This document shows positions 1 to 11,408 of a DNA stretch of 33,289 nt, piece after piece; within the stretch, counting starts at the first letter, position 1, and each line of letters starts with the position of its first letter. Made by a program: the position numbers and the translations under genes. Below the pieces are notes generated by a model that saw nothing but the letters and a program-made list of their open reading frames with translations, was not told the DNA's origin and ran no database searches. The DNA comes from Octopus bimaculoides (Eukaryota), in contig NC_068981.1 in assembly GCF_001194135.2 (NCBI RefSeq), forward strand, positions 122,657,327 to 122,690,615, written 5' to 3'.

Positions 1-539
1 TAAAAGGGTAACGGTTTATCAATTTATTAATTTATTAATAAATCAACAATTAATAATTTTTACCAAGCCCTTCGGTATATAAATACCATTATCGGTGGAG
101 AACTTATTTAAAAGTTAATATACATTTATAAACATAATTAAGGGATCAGCAAACATTTGCTTCACCACATATCGAAGTTCAGAAATAGCAGCTAAAAAAA
201 ACTGAGACTCCAACACAAATATATATTCAATAACATAAAATATATGAAAATATAAAATAATGAAAGATGTATAAAGTTAGATAAAGGACATATGAGTCTG
301 GAAATTATACACTGGACTATCAAATAAAGATTGGCATAGATGTTGCATAATTCATGAATAATAGAACAATTACGTAAAACAAATACATAATTATATAAAA
401 CTCGATGTCTATACCTATTTTAAGCTAACACGATAACAAAATACCTTTACCCATACAGATACATTAATTATGTCAAGTACAGACTTATAAGTATTTAGAG
501 ATTGAAGAATTAGTTAGATACAATAGAAAACTATCATAG

Positions 540-1030
540 TAACAGGTTGTAATAATGTCAACCGAATGTTGAATGTATAAGCAACGCTAAATAAAGGGAC
601 CAGAAAAATACATTTTAATGCACGAAAATATTTTGCAAAGATAATGGAAATGTAATATATATAGATACACAGCAAGAATACACCAATGAAGAGAGTGTTC
701 CATAATCAAGGAAGCCTACTAATATAACACTATAGAAGGTTTTGAGAGGAAAGGATAAAGAATATCATAACTGTAAAATTGAGATTATAAATTGCCATAA
801 ATATTCGATTAAAATAATGCAATTACCGATATCATTAAAGGATTAAATAAAGTATTTATAGAATATGAAAAGTACTGTGATTTCAGACACCGAAAAATCA
901 AGCTAGAATTATAAAATATCAGCAGAAAGATGTGTTCTAAATATTCGAAAATAAGGTTGTAAGAGAATGTCAAAGTGACCCTAATCTGTTCTGTAATAAT
1001 TCACACGGTAGGGAGATTAAATTTCATGAA
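540..1030 (+). mobile_element. Highly decayed LINE relic (CR1-like, APE-to-RT linker region)
   Basis: A-rich + strand. 944-1021 translates FENKVVRECQSDPNLFCNNSHGREIK, resembling the CR1-clade linker motif (FE-x-x-I-x-x-x-CK-x-x-PKLF). A TIIVTGCNN stretch near 530-560 resembles the APE 'IIxGDFN' motif. The rest is full of stops. Recognition is by eye only. Confidence 0.3.
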
Positions 1031-2310
1031 ACAAATATTTTGTCATAATTAAGAAAGGAAGTGCTTTCTAATTAATAGACTATAGTATATCTGTAAACGA
1101 AATAGACAAGTTATCCAAACATAAAGATATGCAAATCAAAATTACCATAATATTTTGTGTGAAAAAACAATACAAACAAACCCTTGTTATAATTTAGACA
1201 ACGAAAATCCTTTAAATATGGTGCATAGATATAACCCAAAACACAAAGATATACATATCTACTTAATGTACATATAGTGCAACTACCACGTACCTTAAAA
1301 TTATTAGATAAAGAATTTCATTGCAACGTAAAATACAAAACCATACGAAATACCTTTACACACCTAATGCACAGATGTGTATATAGTGTTCTTTGAACAG
1401 CATGCATTTCAAAGGAGACTACTGAGAAATGACATTCTTCATCAAATCTTTATGCAATTAGTTTTCTACTGTACATTTTTACCGTGTTCTACTCTGTATA
1501 TTACTATTTTGGGGGTATTTTTATAATTTGAACAGATTTTTGCCAAAATATCCGTGCAAGAATTTGCTTTTATAATGTCTAAGATACATTTTTTATTGTA
1601 TTTGTAAACTTCATTGTATCAGATTTTTGAAAATGCAAATTAGAAATTAATTGATAAACACATAGTTTACAAAAATAATCTGGAAGTAGATATAGTCTGC
1701 AGTCAGTTGCACACAGACATTTAAAGTTTTTAATGTTACTTTTTTTAAGAATCATTTTATCACACTACAAAACATTAGGAATCGTTATTAAATTGGAATA
1801 TACAAGATTAGAATCTCGTACAGTTTACGTTCAAAAAGTACGTTCATGATATACGAAGATAAAACAAAAATGTCCTGCATAATTAGCGATAAGTTCATAC
1901 AGAAAAAAAGGAAGGAAAATAAATGTAATAAATTCTTAATCTGAAAAGTCTGTCACAGAATAATTTAACTGATTGGTTGAGATAGCGAAAATTCTCGTTC
2001 CTTTATATTCATATATAGAAATGAATTTCGCTAAACATTTTTGTAGTTTCTTCGTTCTTTATTTGATTTCCAAAGCGAGCAAGTAGCCGATGTTAAAATT
2101 ATGTTTTGCAATGTCTTGGAATTTAAACGACAACGCTGTACGAAAAATTTTCCGTGCCTATCAATGAATGGAAATTATTTATGTCCTTTTCTTTCATGCA
2201 TATAAACTGTTAGAACGATAAAAATGGCACGCAACAGAATCTAAACGATTGCCACACACACTTACATACATTGACACAAACTTACGCACAACAGGAGTTG
2301 ATATAAACGC

Positions 2311-2357
2311 ATACATACAAATAGGCATACATATATACGTATACATATACGTATATA

Positions 2358-2390
<33 letters not shown>

Positions 2391-2530
2391 NNNNNNNNNN
2401 ACAAATAGGCATACATATATACGTATACATATACGTATATATATATGTATATATAGATATAGGCGTATGTGTGTATATCATATATATATATATTTGTACA
2501 CACACACACACATATATGCGTATATAAATA
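2311..2530. repeat. Compound (TA)n/(CATA)n/(CA)n microsatellite with a 10-N gap
   Basis: Directly visible. It explains the spurious ORFs at 2194-2754. Confidence 0.95.
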
Positions 2531-3911
2531 CGCACACATATAAATTCACGCAGAATTTTCTATATAGTTCAACTACTTTGATCTTAATCTTCATTGATGC
2601 CATGCACATTATACTAAAGCAAATACAGTTTTCTACAGTATTCTACATTCTTTGTCACGGATGCCCTTTTAGAATAGAAAATTATATAAACATTTATTCA
2701 CAGAAATATTTTGTATCAATCTATTTGAGTGAAGAAATTTTGCCTAAAATCTGAAATAGAACGAACGTAATTGCATTGTTTAAATATGCGTGTCATCATA
2801 CATTTTTTTTTTTGAAACCCAGAGCCAGCATCATATGACGGCGCTTCTGCTTTTGAGCGTTTTTCGCATAATTATATATTTGAAATATTAATTCAATACG
2901 AACCATTTACAAATAAACACAGATCATAAAATCCTATTATATGTCTTTACATTTAGATATAGCAGCATGGGCATGAAGAAATATATCATTCCATCATTGC
3001 AAGATGTTTTTGTATTTATAACAAGGGGTAAGATGTCAAGAATAGGCCAGTCTGTATTTCTGTTTGAGAGAGCATAGCCTACTCATAAACTGTTTAAATC
3101 AAAACTTCCGGCAACTATTTCATACATTTCTATCTTCTCCCTCACTCTAACTCCCTTTATACATAGATACACTCATAAATACATTCATATATACAATGCA
3201 TGTATATATATGCATGCGATTGTATAATAAAAACGCGTGTTTCATCAATTCATACATGTTCTATCTATTACAAATATTTATCTTGTGCTATGTTTGTTGA
3301 CTACTTATAATTTATGATGTACGGAAGTAAAAAAAAATCAGAAGCTAGATGAATGTAACAATACTAGTACTGAAAAAAAAATGCAACGTCCCTTCAAAGT
3401 TTGTAAGCAAACTCATTCTGCTGAATGTTATATATGAAAGCGAGTATATTACGCGTAGAGGAATAATATCCGTTATATGTCGCTGAGTTTAGACAGATTA
3501 CCGATATACTGAAACGTTGTATATTCGAAGATTGTATATGATTCTAATAGATTAGTGTCCGATGTGTATCTAGTTCTCACATTGGTTCAAATGAAATATA
3601 TGATATTTAAGCTTGGAATTATATATATATCTGTGTTACCTATTTGCTTCTTTTGTGTATATATGTATAATAGAGCCTTAGCTATATTATTGCTAATATT
3701 CTGTTAATTATTTATTTAAATATTAAAAGCATGTTTTCAAAAAATGAGAAAATGTCTATAAGATGTGTTTGTTTATGAATACACATATATGTATGTACAC
3801 ACACACACATAAAACAGCAATAGTATTTTAAACAAGATCGACTTCACATACACAGTGTTTGTTTTTTTGTGGTTCAACTTCTTCGTTACACAATTCACTT
3901 CACTCCTCACT

Positions 3912-4020
3912 ATCTCTCTTTCTCTTTTTCTTTCTCTTTCACTCTCTCTTTCTCTTTCTCTCTCTCTCTCTCTTTCTCTTTCTCTCTCTCTTCCTCTCTC
4001 TTTTTCTCTCTCTCTTTCTC
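3912..4020. repeat. (CT)n/(CTTT)n polypyrimidine microsatellite
   Basis: Directly visible. Confidence 0.95.
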
Positions 4021-4672
4021 ACACAGTTCTCTCAGAAATCCTGTCCGATACCTGTTGTTTCTAGTATGTCCGAGGTGACATCCGCGCCGCCCCACCCCCG
4101 CTGATTGTTTTACCTAAATTTCTTTCGATTCCTGTTTTTAACACAGGAGATTAGGATTTCGCCCCCAAAACACGTTCGTTCTCATTATTTTTATTTTCTT
4201 GCACGCCATGTCAATTTCTTTATTTTTTACTTTTTGGGAATTTTTTTCTTGGAAGCACTCGGAGAAAAAAAACAGTGTACGGGAAAATTTCTTCAGAATG
4301 ATGTCGTTTACCTATTGGTTCTAGCATATCGGATTTTCAGATGGTACTCTAATATTTTTATGTCTGCTATTTCAATACAATTCTACGTATGTGTGAAATA
4401 TCAGACGAAAGTGAAACATTGCTTATTGGAAATGTGTAGGGGATGGCTGTATTAATTCCCATTCATTCGATGAATCAATACATATTTTGTGATCTTTGTT
4501 AAGAACTTAAAACACTTTCGTGCAAACCCATGCACATTGTCCCTCCCCCTTCACTCTTAAACACACAATAATTTCCATTAGCCCAGTAATCCAGTTCACT
4601 GTATATCAGATGTGCTGATTCTGCCTATAAGAAAGGAATAAATAATACAATATGGCTGTAGGACATAACACA

Positions 4673-4699
4673 CGGGCAACGCTGGGACACACTGCTAAT
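4673..4699. mobile_element. Possible Helitron/Helentron-type terminus remnant
   Basis: CGGGCAACGCTGGG-acacactg-CTAAT resembles the CGGGCAACGCCGGG...CTAGT terminal motif common in non-autonomous rolling-circle elements. Short and degenerate. Confidence 0.3.
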
Positions 4700-6040
4700 G
4701 TGTGTGTGGGTGTGGGTATATATACATATATATATATATATANNNNNNNNNNNNNNNNNNNNNNNNNNNNNNNNNNNNNNNNNNNNNNNNNNNNNNNNNN
4801 NNNNNNNNNNNNNNNNNNNNNNNNNNNNNNNNNNNNNNNNNNNNNNNNNNNNNNNNNNNNNNNNNNNNNNNNNNNNNNNNNNNNNNNNNNNNNNNNNNNN
4901 NNNNNNNNNNNNNNNNNNNNNNNNNNNNNNNNNNNNNNNNNNNNNNNNNNNNNNNNNNNNNNNNNNNNNNNNNNNNNNNNNNNNNNNNNNNNNNNNNNNN
5001 NNNNNNNNNNNNNNNNNNNNNNNNNNNNNNNNNNNNNNNNNNNNNNNNNNNNNNNNNNNNNNNNNNTTTTTAACAGGAATGTTAAATCAATTCTGAAGCA
5101 GTTGTGCGAATTTAAACTCTTGACATACTTGTGGGTGCTCAGCACTTAGCTAAGTTATTCATTTACTTTCAGTACTGAAATATATATTAAACCAAACTTT
5201 GTGCGAATGTGGGTAAACCTGAATATGTCATCCTTCAATGAGTTTAACTTATAGTTTAAATGTATCCCAACGCCAGCACATATATGTTATGAGACTTGCT
5301 TGAAATATTTAAACTATCTTGTGATGTTGAGGAAAAAATCGGAACAACTGTTTAGACTGGCTATCTTTACTAAAACAGTTTTATGGAGCCCTTCAGACAG
5401 ATGTTACTCAGCCTGTTGTTTAACATCTAAGATTAAGGTTTAGTAACCTTGTTTCTTGCTAAGTAGCACGGTTTTCGTATTTTATGAAATGCACTTGGAA
5501 TTGAAGTGCAAAGATTATTATGATCGGTTTTGTTTGCTAGTAAGTACGGTCAATGCCTTATTATTGTAAGCATTTCGAACGTTACATTGGCAAATTGTCT
5601 TTAGATTCCTAGGAGAAGTATTCTCATGTGTATAACGTCAGTTGTAGTTGCGTTCGTATGAGGTTGGCTAAGATCAGCTAAAACCGAGGACACAAGCATT
5701 TGGAAAATATTTGAATGATAGCTTTCATTGAGAAGATTTAGAGAGTATATCTAGCTATTGGGTCATGGTGGCCACGGTGAATGGACAGCTATATCAACTA
5801 ATCTACCTCTTTCCTATTTGGATGTGTTGTCATTCTTAAGGTATCTTCAATATACTATGTTTTAGGTTTTAAGTTTTCTTACAAAGAAACGGTCATTGTA
5901 TTATGGGAATATCGAGGCGGCAAACTCCAATTCCAATCGTATATCACTTATGTTTCTTTTTCCAAATTTTTCAAAACGGAACAACTATTTTGTAAGAAAA
6001 AATATAAATAATAAATGAGTGGAAATCGAACCGGTGAGTG

Positions 6041-6043
<3 letters not shown>

Positions 6044-6075
<32 letters not shown>

Positions 6076-6136
6076 AGTGTGTGTGTGTGTGCGTGCGTGT
6101 GTGTGTGTGTGTGTGTGTGTGTCTGTGTGTGTGTGT

Positions 6137-6170
<34 letters not shown>
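6044..6170. repeat. (GT)n followed by (GA)n microsatellite
   Basis: Directly visible. Confidence 0.95.
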
Positions 6171-6623
6171 AGGACTGAATTGTTATCAGTCAAAAACAAC
6201 TGGTGTCCGTGTACCTCGTTCCAAGCTACTTGCTTTACACGACAGATTCGGTGGAAGCAAAAACAGAAATTGAAAGGAATCGATAGTTGCGTCCTGGAGC
6301 AAATGCAGGACTGATTAGATTGGTGTAAATTGAAATGTAGCACCAAGAAGCCCATCGAGTGGGTTCTGCTTGTAATTTAATAGGTACATACGCATCTCGT
6401 TGGTTCAGGCCGAGAATCTTGCGTACATGTATCTGTGGTATGTCCAACAATTTATAAGTTAATCCTCATCGTTGAAAGCATTTAAATGAAATTTTGGTTT
6501 GATAAAAGTTTGCATCATTTCTTACAGTATCTGGTTTAGGCATGAACTACACTATATGGTGCACAATAGTCTTAAGATAATTAATTTATCATATAATTGT
6601 TTTCACTATTTGGAAATCTTGTT

Positions 6624-6790
6624 GCGGCTAGCTGGCAGAACCGTTACCACTGGGAAAATGCTTAGCAGCATTTCGTCAGTCTTTACAAATTCAAATTCCG
6701 CCGCAATCTACTTTACCTTTCATCCTTTCGAGTTTGTCTTATACACCACCCAGAAACTGGTCGCTTTGTGCTCAAAATTTGAAATCATTA
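6624..6790 (+). mobile_element. tRNA-derived SINE, family A, internally deleted
   Basis: GCGGCTAGCTGGCAGAACCGTT...AAATGCTTAGC...TTCAAATTCCGCCG...CTTTACCTTTCATCCTTTCG...GTGCTCAAAATTTGAAATC aligns by eye with the copies at 18772, 19000, 21106, 23663 and 24183. Confidence 0.8.
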
Positions 6791-7537
6791 TTTGAAAGAA
6801 CTTATGATATAATTTTTTTTAACATGAAACTGCCAAGCTTAATAAAGTTTAGGGATCCACTAGATTTAAATTGACCATGCTTACATATACAAGAGACAGT
6901 TTGGTTCGGAAATATTATCGATCAAGTGAATCATAGCACATTATTGATATTCCTTTCACGTATCAATAAGTAATGAAAAGCACGTAAGAGAATGAAATTG
7001 AATACTCGAAAGATTTTGCATTTCCAACTCACCACTAACTTCACTTGATTTAGTGATAGTATTTGGAATGGTTTGTCACTCACAGAAATTTGCTAGCATT
7101 ATCGTGTCGATATATAACTTATTATTCTCAACTACAATGAAGGGCAAATGTTGGACGGAGAAGATAAAGGCAAGAAATACAATGAAGATTTAGACAATGC
7201 ATAATTTCTCTTCTCATGTACACATTTATTTTCTCTCTTCATGTTTATTGTACTAAATAGCAACCGATTTGTTCTTCAATTGTCATGTAACATAACCAAG
7301 TATATTAAGATATATTACGCAAAAAGAATACAAAAAATATACATGCATATTGCATGAAAATAGCTACACCAAATATCAATATCATATCTATGATGGAATG
7401 AAATTAGATGTAACTAAAGAAATCGAAGCACTTCACTTTCTGTTATATTTTTGTGTTTCCGTTTGGTACATATGCACATATACGTTTGTGCGTATATATA
7501 TGTGTGTGTCCGCTTATATATATGTATATATATACAG

Positions 7538-7572
<35 letters not shown>

Positions 7573-9604
7573 NNNNNNNNNNNNNNNNNNNNNNNNNNNN
7601 NNNNNNNNNNNNNNNNNNNNNNNNNNNNNNNNNNNNNNNNNNNNNNNNNNNNNNNNNNNNNNNNNNNNNNNNNNNNNNNNNNNNNNNNNNNNNNNNNNNN
7701 NNNNNNNNNNNNNNNNNNNNNNNNNNNNNNNNNNNNNNNNNNNNNNNNNNNNNNNNNNNNNNNNNNNNNNNNNNNNNNNNNNNNNNNNNNNNNNNNNNNN
7801 NNNNNNNNNNNNNNNNNNNNNNNNNNNNNNNNNNNNNNNNNNNNNNNNNNNNNNNNNNNNNNNNNNNNNNNNNNNNNNNNNNNNNNNNNNNNNNNNNNNN
7901 NNNNNNNNNNNNNNNNNNNNNNNNNNNNNNNNNNNNNNNNNNNNNNNNNNNNNNNNNNNNNNNTATATATATACACATATATATGAATATATGCACCTAT
8001 GTATCCAAGTGTGTATTTTGTAATATTTGAAACAGAAATCTATTTTTCTAACGTACAAAAGAATATGTCATTTCATACATTGTTTCCCCAGCAATCATTC
8101 AGATAGTTAATTGAATGGCTACATATTTTTTGAAGATTACTTTTCTCTTTTTCGTATATATCATTCCCATACAAAGAGAAATAAATAAAATCATATTCTA
8201 TTGTAAATCGAAACTTCTTGTAAGAAGTCAGTATCGAAGCAAGTTCGGAGCAGTAAAGGCTAAATATCTAAATGGGGTTTTAAAATTTACATATTAGTGA
8301 ATTGCGGTTCGTGACTGCATCATTTTAAAGTCTGAAGGTCCGCATCAGTTATTCATAACTATGCACAACTGTTATCGTTTTTGTTCCTATTGATTTATTG
8401 GTTTCTTCTGGACGAAAGAAATTAATCCATATTTCTTTCAATCCTGTCGAAACATTTGAAATTTAGACAGTTAAGTTTTCCCTAATCAATTTGAGCTGCA
8501 GAAAAGACATCAACAAGTGAAGTGTTCCTATAGCTCCGACCTTATTGAATAAAATGAATTATTGTAGTAACTATTGTAGGAGTAAAGAAGGTTGGTGGAC
8601 ATCATAGGATGGGTATTTGACTTGATGCATACGATCAGAGGAAGTAGGAAAAGCAGAACTCAATTTATTTGTAGTAGGAATAGCAAGGAAAGAAGTACGT
8701 CTGCCGAGTCTAGGATGGACTGCATTGGAGGGTAACTTTATGGGAATAAGAATTTCTTTCTAGACCCCTGCATCTGAAGTGGCGGTCAGCAGTAGTGTTT
8801 CAGATATGTGAACATACTCCATTATAGATCTTAGTGTGAAAGGGAACAAAGTTGTTTTCCGTGTATGAGAATAAATGAAGGGTGTTAGTGACACTTCCTA
8901 GCTAGTGAAATTATATTGCAGGGAAATAAGCTCGCCATTTCTGGGAAATTGCCTCCTCACATCGGTTAGGATCCTTTTTCTACAGAAGATGAGCCCCTTT
9001 CTGTATGTTTGAATTTTCTTTCAAAATTGTGTGATTATTTTCCATTGTTTTACAAATATCCTCCTTGATCTCCGTCTCGTTCCTCGTTACACGAACGAAT
9101 GAGAAAGTACTTCGCTGAGATGTTCTTCCTTATCTACTAGCCATTCTTTTTTAGTGCTATCAATGTAAAAATAAGATCCTGGGGCTCTGTACCCCCAATT
9201 GCGAACAGACCTTGTATTGTTTTGTGTTGGCACCATATCATTCACCCTACTTATCTACATTCATCATACCACAGATGGATTTAGAAAAGACAAGCCCCAA
9301 AAGCCACACATCAAGAAACATAACCTTATCCTATATATATTGTGCATAGTTTGAATTTCAATAATGCAACACATCTCTCACAACTCTTAATAATGACTTC
9401 ATCAACATACAATTGCGCATAAAACCTGTAAATTCAATAAGAAATGAAAAGTTACAGGCTCTGAGTAATCTGCCTACTTACTGGCCATAATTGGGAAAAC
9501 ACAAAAAACACAGAGGAACAAAAGCAGAGATTTACTCACGACACGAAATGTAATCTAGTAACGAGCAACACATAAATCAGCTGCACTCTCAAAAACATGC
9601 ACAA

Positions 9605-10321
9605 TAGGGTCGAGCGAAATATACAATTTTCGAAATTAGTAACCATGAACCGATATTTTGTTGCATCCTAGGGTTGAACAAAATGTGTACAAAGAATTTC
9701 GCAGTTAAATACCTTTTTAGGCTCCGCAACGCAATTGAAAATTTAAAAAATCGCTATTTTTGGTCGAATTTTGGATTTCACGTATTATAAGTCATGACGA
9801 ATATATATTGTTACATAGCAGAATGCTAACAGTAAATATAGTACCCTTAAGAGGTTACATACCAAGTGTTAATACAACTGCCTAATATCTTGAAGGTCAG
9901 AATTGACTATAAAGAGAACGTGGGTGTGAACTTCTCTCCAGTGCCGCTGAAACGGTCGTTGCGTGTGGACGTACGTCATACGTGTGTGAAGTTTTCTGCT
10001 TTTTAATTGAAATTGCATTGAAATTAATGACCGTGTTAAATTTAGTGTTGTCTATGTTTAGTGATGACCCATAAACCAATAACACCTCATGATATTGAAT
10101 GTCCAATACGTGATACTCCATGTAATCTTAGCGAGAGAGTTTCGCCAACTTACAAGGACGTACTAAAATGTGTTTTATTTAAACGAGAAAAAGATAGACA
10201 CAAGAACGTACCACAGAGCGAACAAGATATTTTACAGGATCAACGGACAAATCGAAAAATGATCATCGGTGGAATAGATCAATCAGTATCTAAACAGAAC
10301 GTTCAGATGCTGATTATTTAG
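9605..10321 (+). mobile_element. Left part of a deleted DNA transposon (hAT superfamily, hATm-like; assignment tentative)
   Basis: Putative left end TAGGGTCGAGCGAAAT at 9605, followed by AT-rich subterminal motifs and then a transposase N-terminal fragment (10061-10321). No matching right TIR found by eye. Confidence 0.5.
10061..10321 (+). pseudogene. Transposase N-terminal fragment with a probable internal in-frame deletion
   Basis: Two motifs, ECPIRDTPCNLSERVSPTYKDVLKCVLF and KNVPQSEQDILQDQRTNRKMIIGGID, match from memory the CP...LPTYxDV and KVPxxExxFLxDQRxxRKMxIGxID motifs of a widespread invertebrate transposase family. In that family they normally lie about 100 aa apart. Confidence 0.55.
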
Positions 10322-11049
10322 TTACATAGAATTATTTCGAATAAACTGGAAATGTTAATTATTTTTATCAGAAAAATATGTCAAGAATCAAAAATTGGTT
10401 TACACGTAATTTTATTTTTATGTGTGAGTAATCTAGATCTCATGGAACACATATATTCGGTGATCTAGTATTAATAATAATATAGAAAACAAGGTCGAAA
10501 AGTTCATTTAGTTCACATAATTTCGAAATTTCAAGTGTGTTGCGGTGCCTACAGTTATACATCTTGTATCTTGAGATTTTAACAATCGTGTTTTTAAAGG
10601 ATTTAGCAAACGAAAAGCAATGAGGAACAGCACACATGTTATAAAACTGATTTTCGCTCATTATTTAAAGTTTCAAGTGGGCTGCGGAGGCTGCAGATAT
10701 ACATTTTAGAACTTCAGATCTTAACACAAATGTTTTCAAGGATTTAGCAATATAGAAATATATTCTTCAATACATATTCCGAAACTCTTTGTAAAAAGTA
10801 CGTTCTTCGCTCCATCCTAATGCACAACACATACAGCAGAATTTATAGACTTCACTACATGCTCACATAGAACACGTCCTGCAAGTAAAATGGGTTAACA
10901 TTACGTATAGATATGACTTCGAAACGGACAGGCAAGTTGCAGGTAAACACATAGCGTACGTAACAGTTAGTACTGTAACCTAAAGGGAAACTGTATCCAA
11001 TGAATACACTTTTGTAATTAGTTGTATATACATACTCACAGATACTTAT

Positions 11050-11303
11050 ATACCTACATACATGGTGGTTGTCTACTCCTTAAACAGAGTTTGACCACCT
11101 CCTGCACCTACACCTTAGCCCTTTCATGGCGTCTGATGTGGCTTTTTAAACCAGACAGTGTTTTGAAAAAACACCCACACAGATTGCACCTCTGATTTGC
11201 ACTACCAATACCTGCAAGTAAGTTCTGCTCATTGTGGATCCTAACATGTCTTTTAAGACCCCCCATTGGATTTGCAAACCCTCTGGCACACACCACATTC
11301 AAA
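11050..11303 (-). mobile_element. 3' end of a 5'-truncated LINE (RTE-like) encoding two tandem C2H2 zinc fingers
   Basis: Minus strand reads FECGVCQRVCKSNG|GLKRHVRIH (one extra G in the G6 run, + strand C run at 11259-11264), then NEQNLLAGIGSANQRCNLCGCFFKTLSGLKSHIRRHERAKV* (stop at 11108-11110). A short 3' UTR follows and runs into a (TATG)-like tail. Both ends sit in TATG/CATA repeats. Confidence 0.65.
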
Positions 11304-11371
11304 CGTACATACATACATGCATACACACTTGAATTAACATATCTGTGTATGCGTATAGACANNNNNNNNNN

Positions 11372-11408
<37 letters not shown>

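Noticed and set aside
1983-2033. Hairpin TAGCGAAAATTC...GAATTTCGCTA
   Set aside because: Only an 11-bp outer stem with a weak AT-rich inner part. Too short and unstable to call a pre-miRNA or MITE.
3560-3595. GGTTCAAAT B-box-like motif suggesting a tRNA
   Set aside because: No A box, cloverleaf or acceptor stem.
6172-6450. GC-richer block with short ORFs on both strands
   Set aside because: Several stops in each frame and no recognisable motif. I cannot support a call.
9841-9850. GTACCCTTAA as a Kolobok/piggyBac-type end
   Set aside because: No matching TTAAGGGTAC partner nearby.
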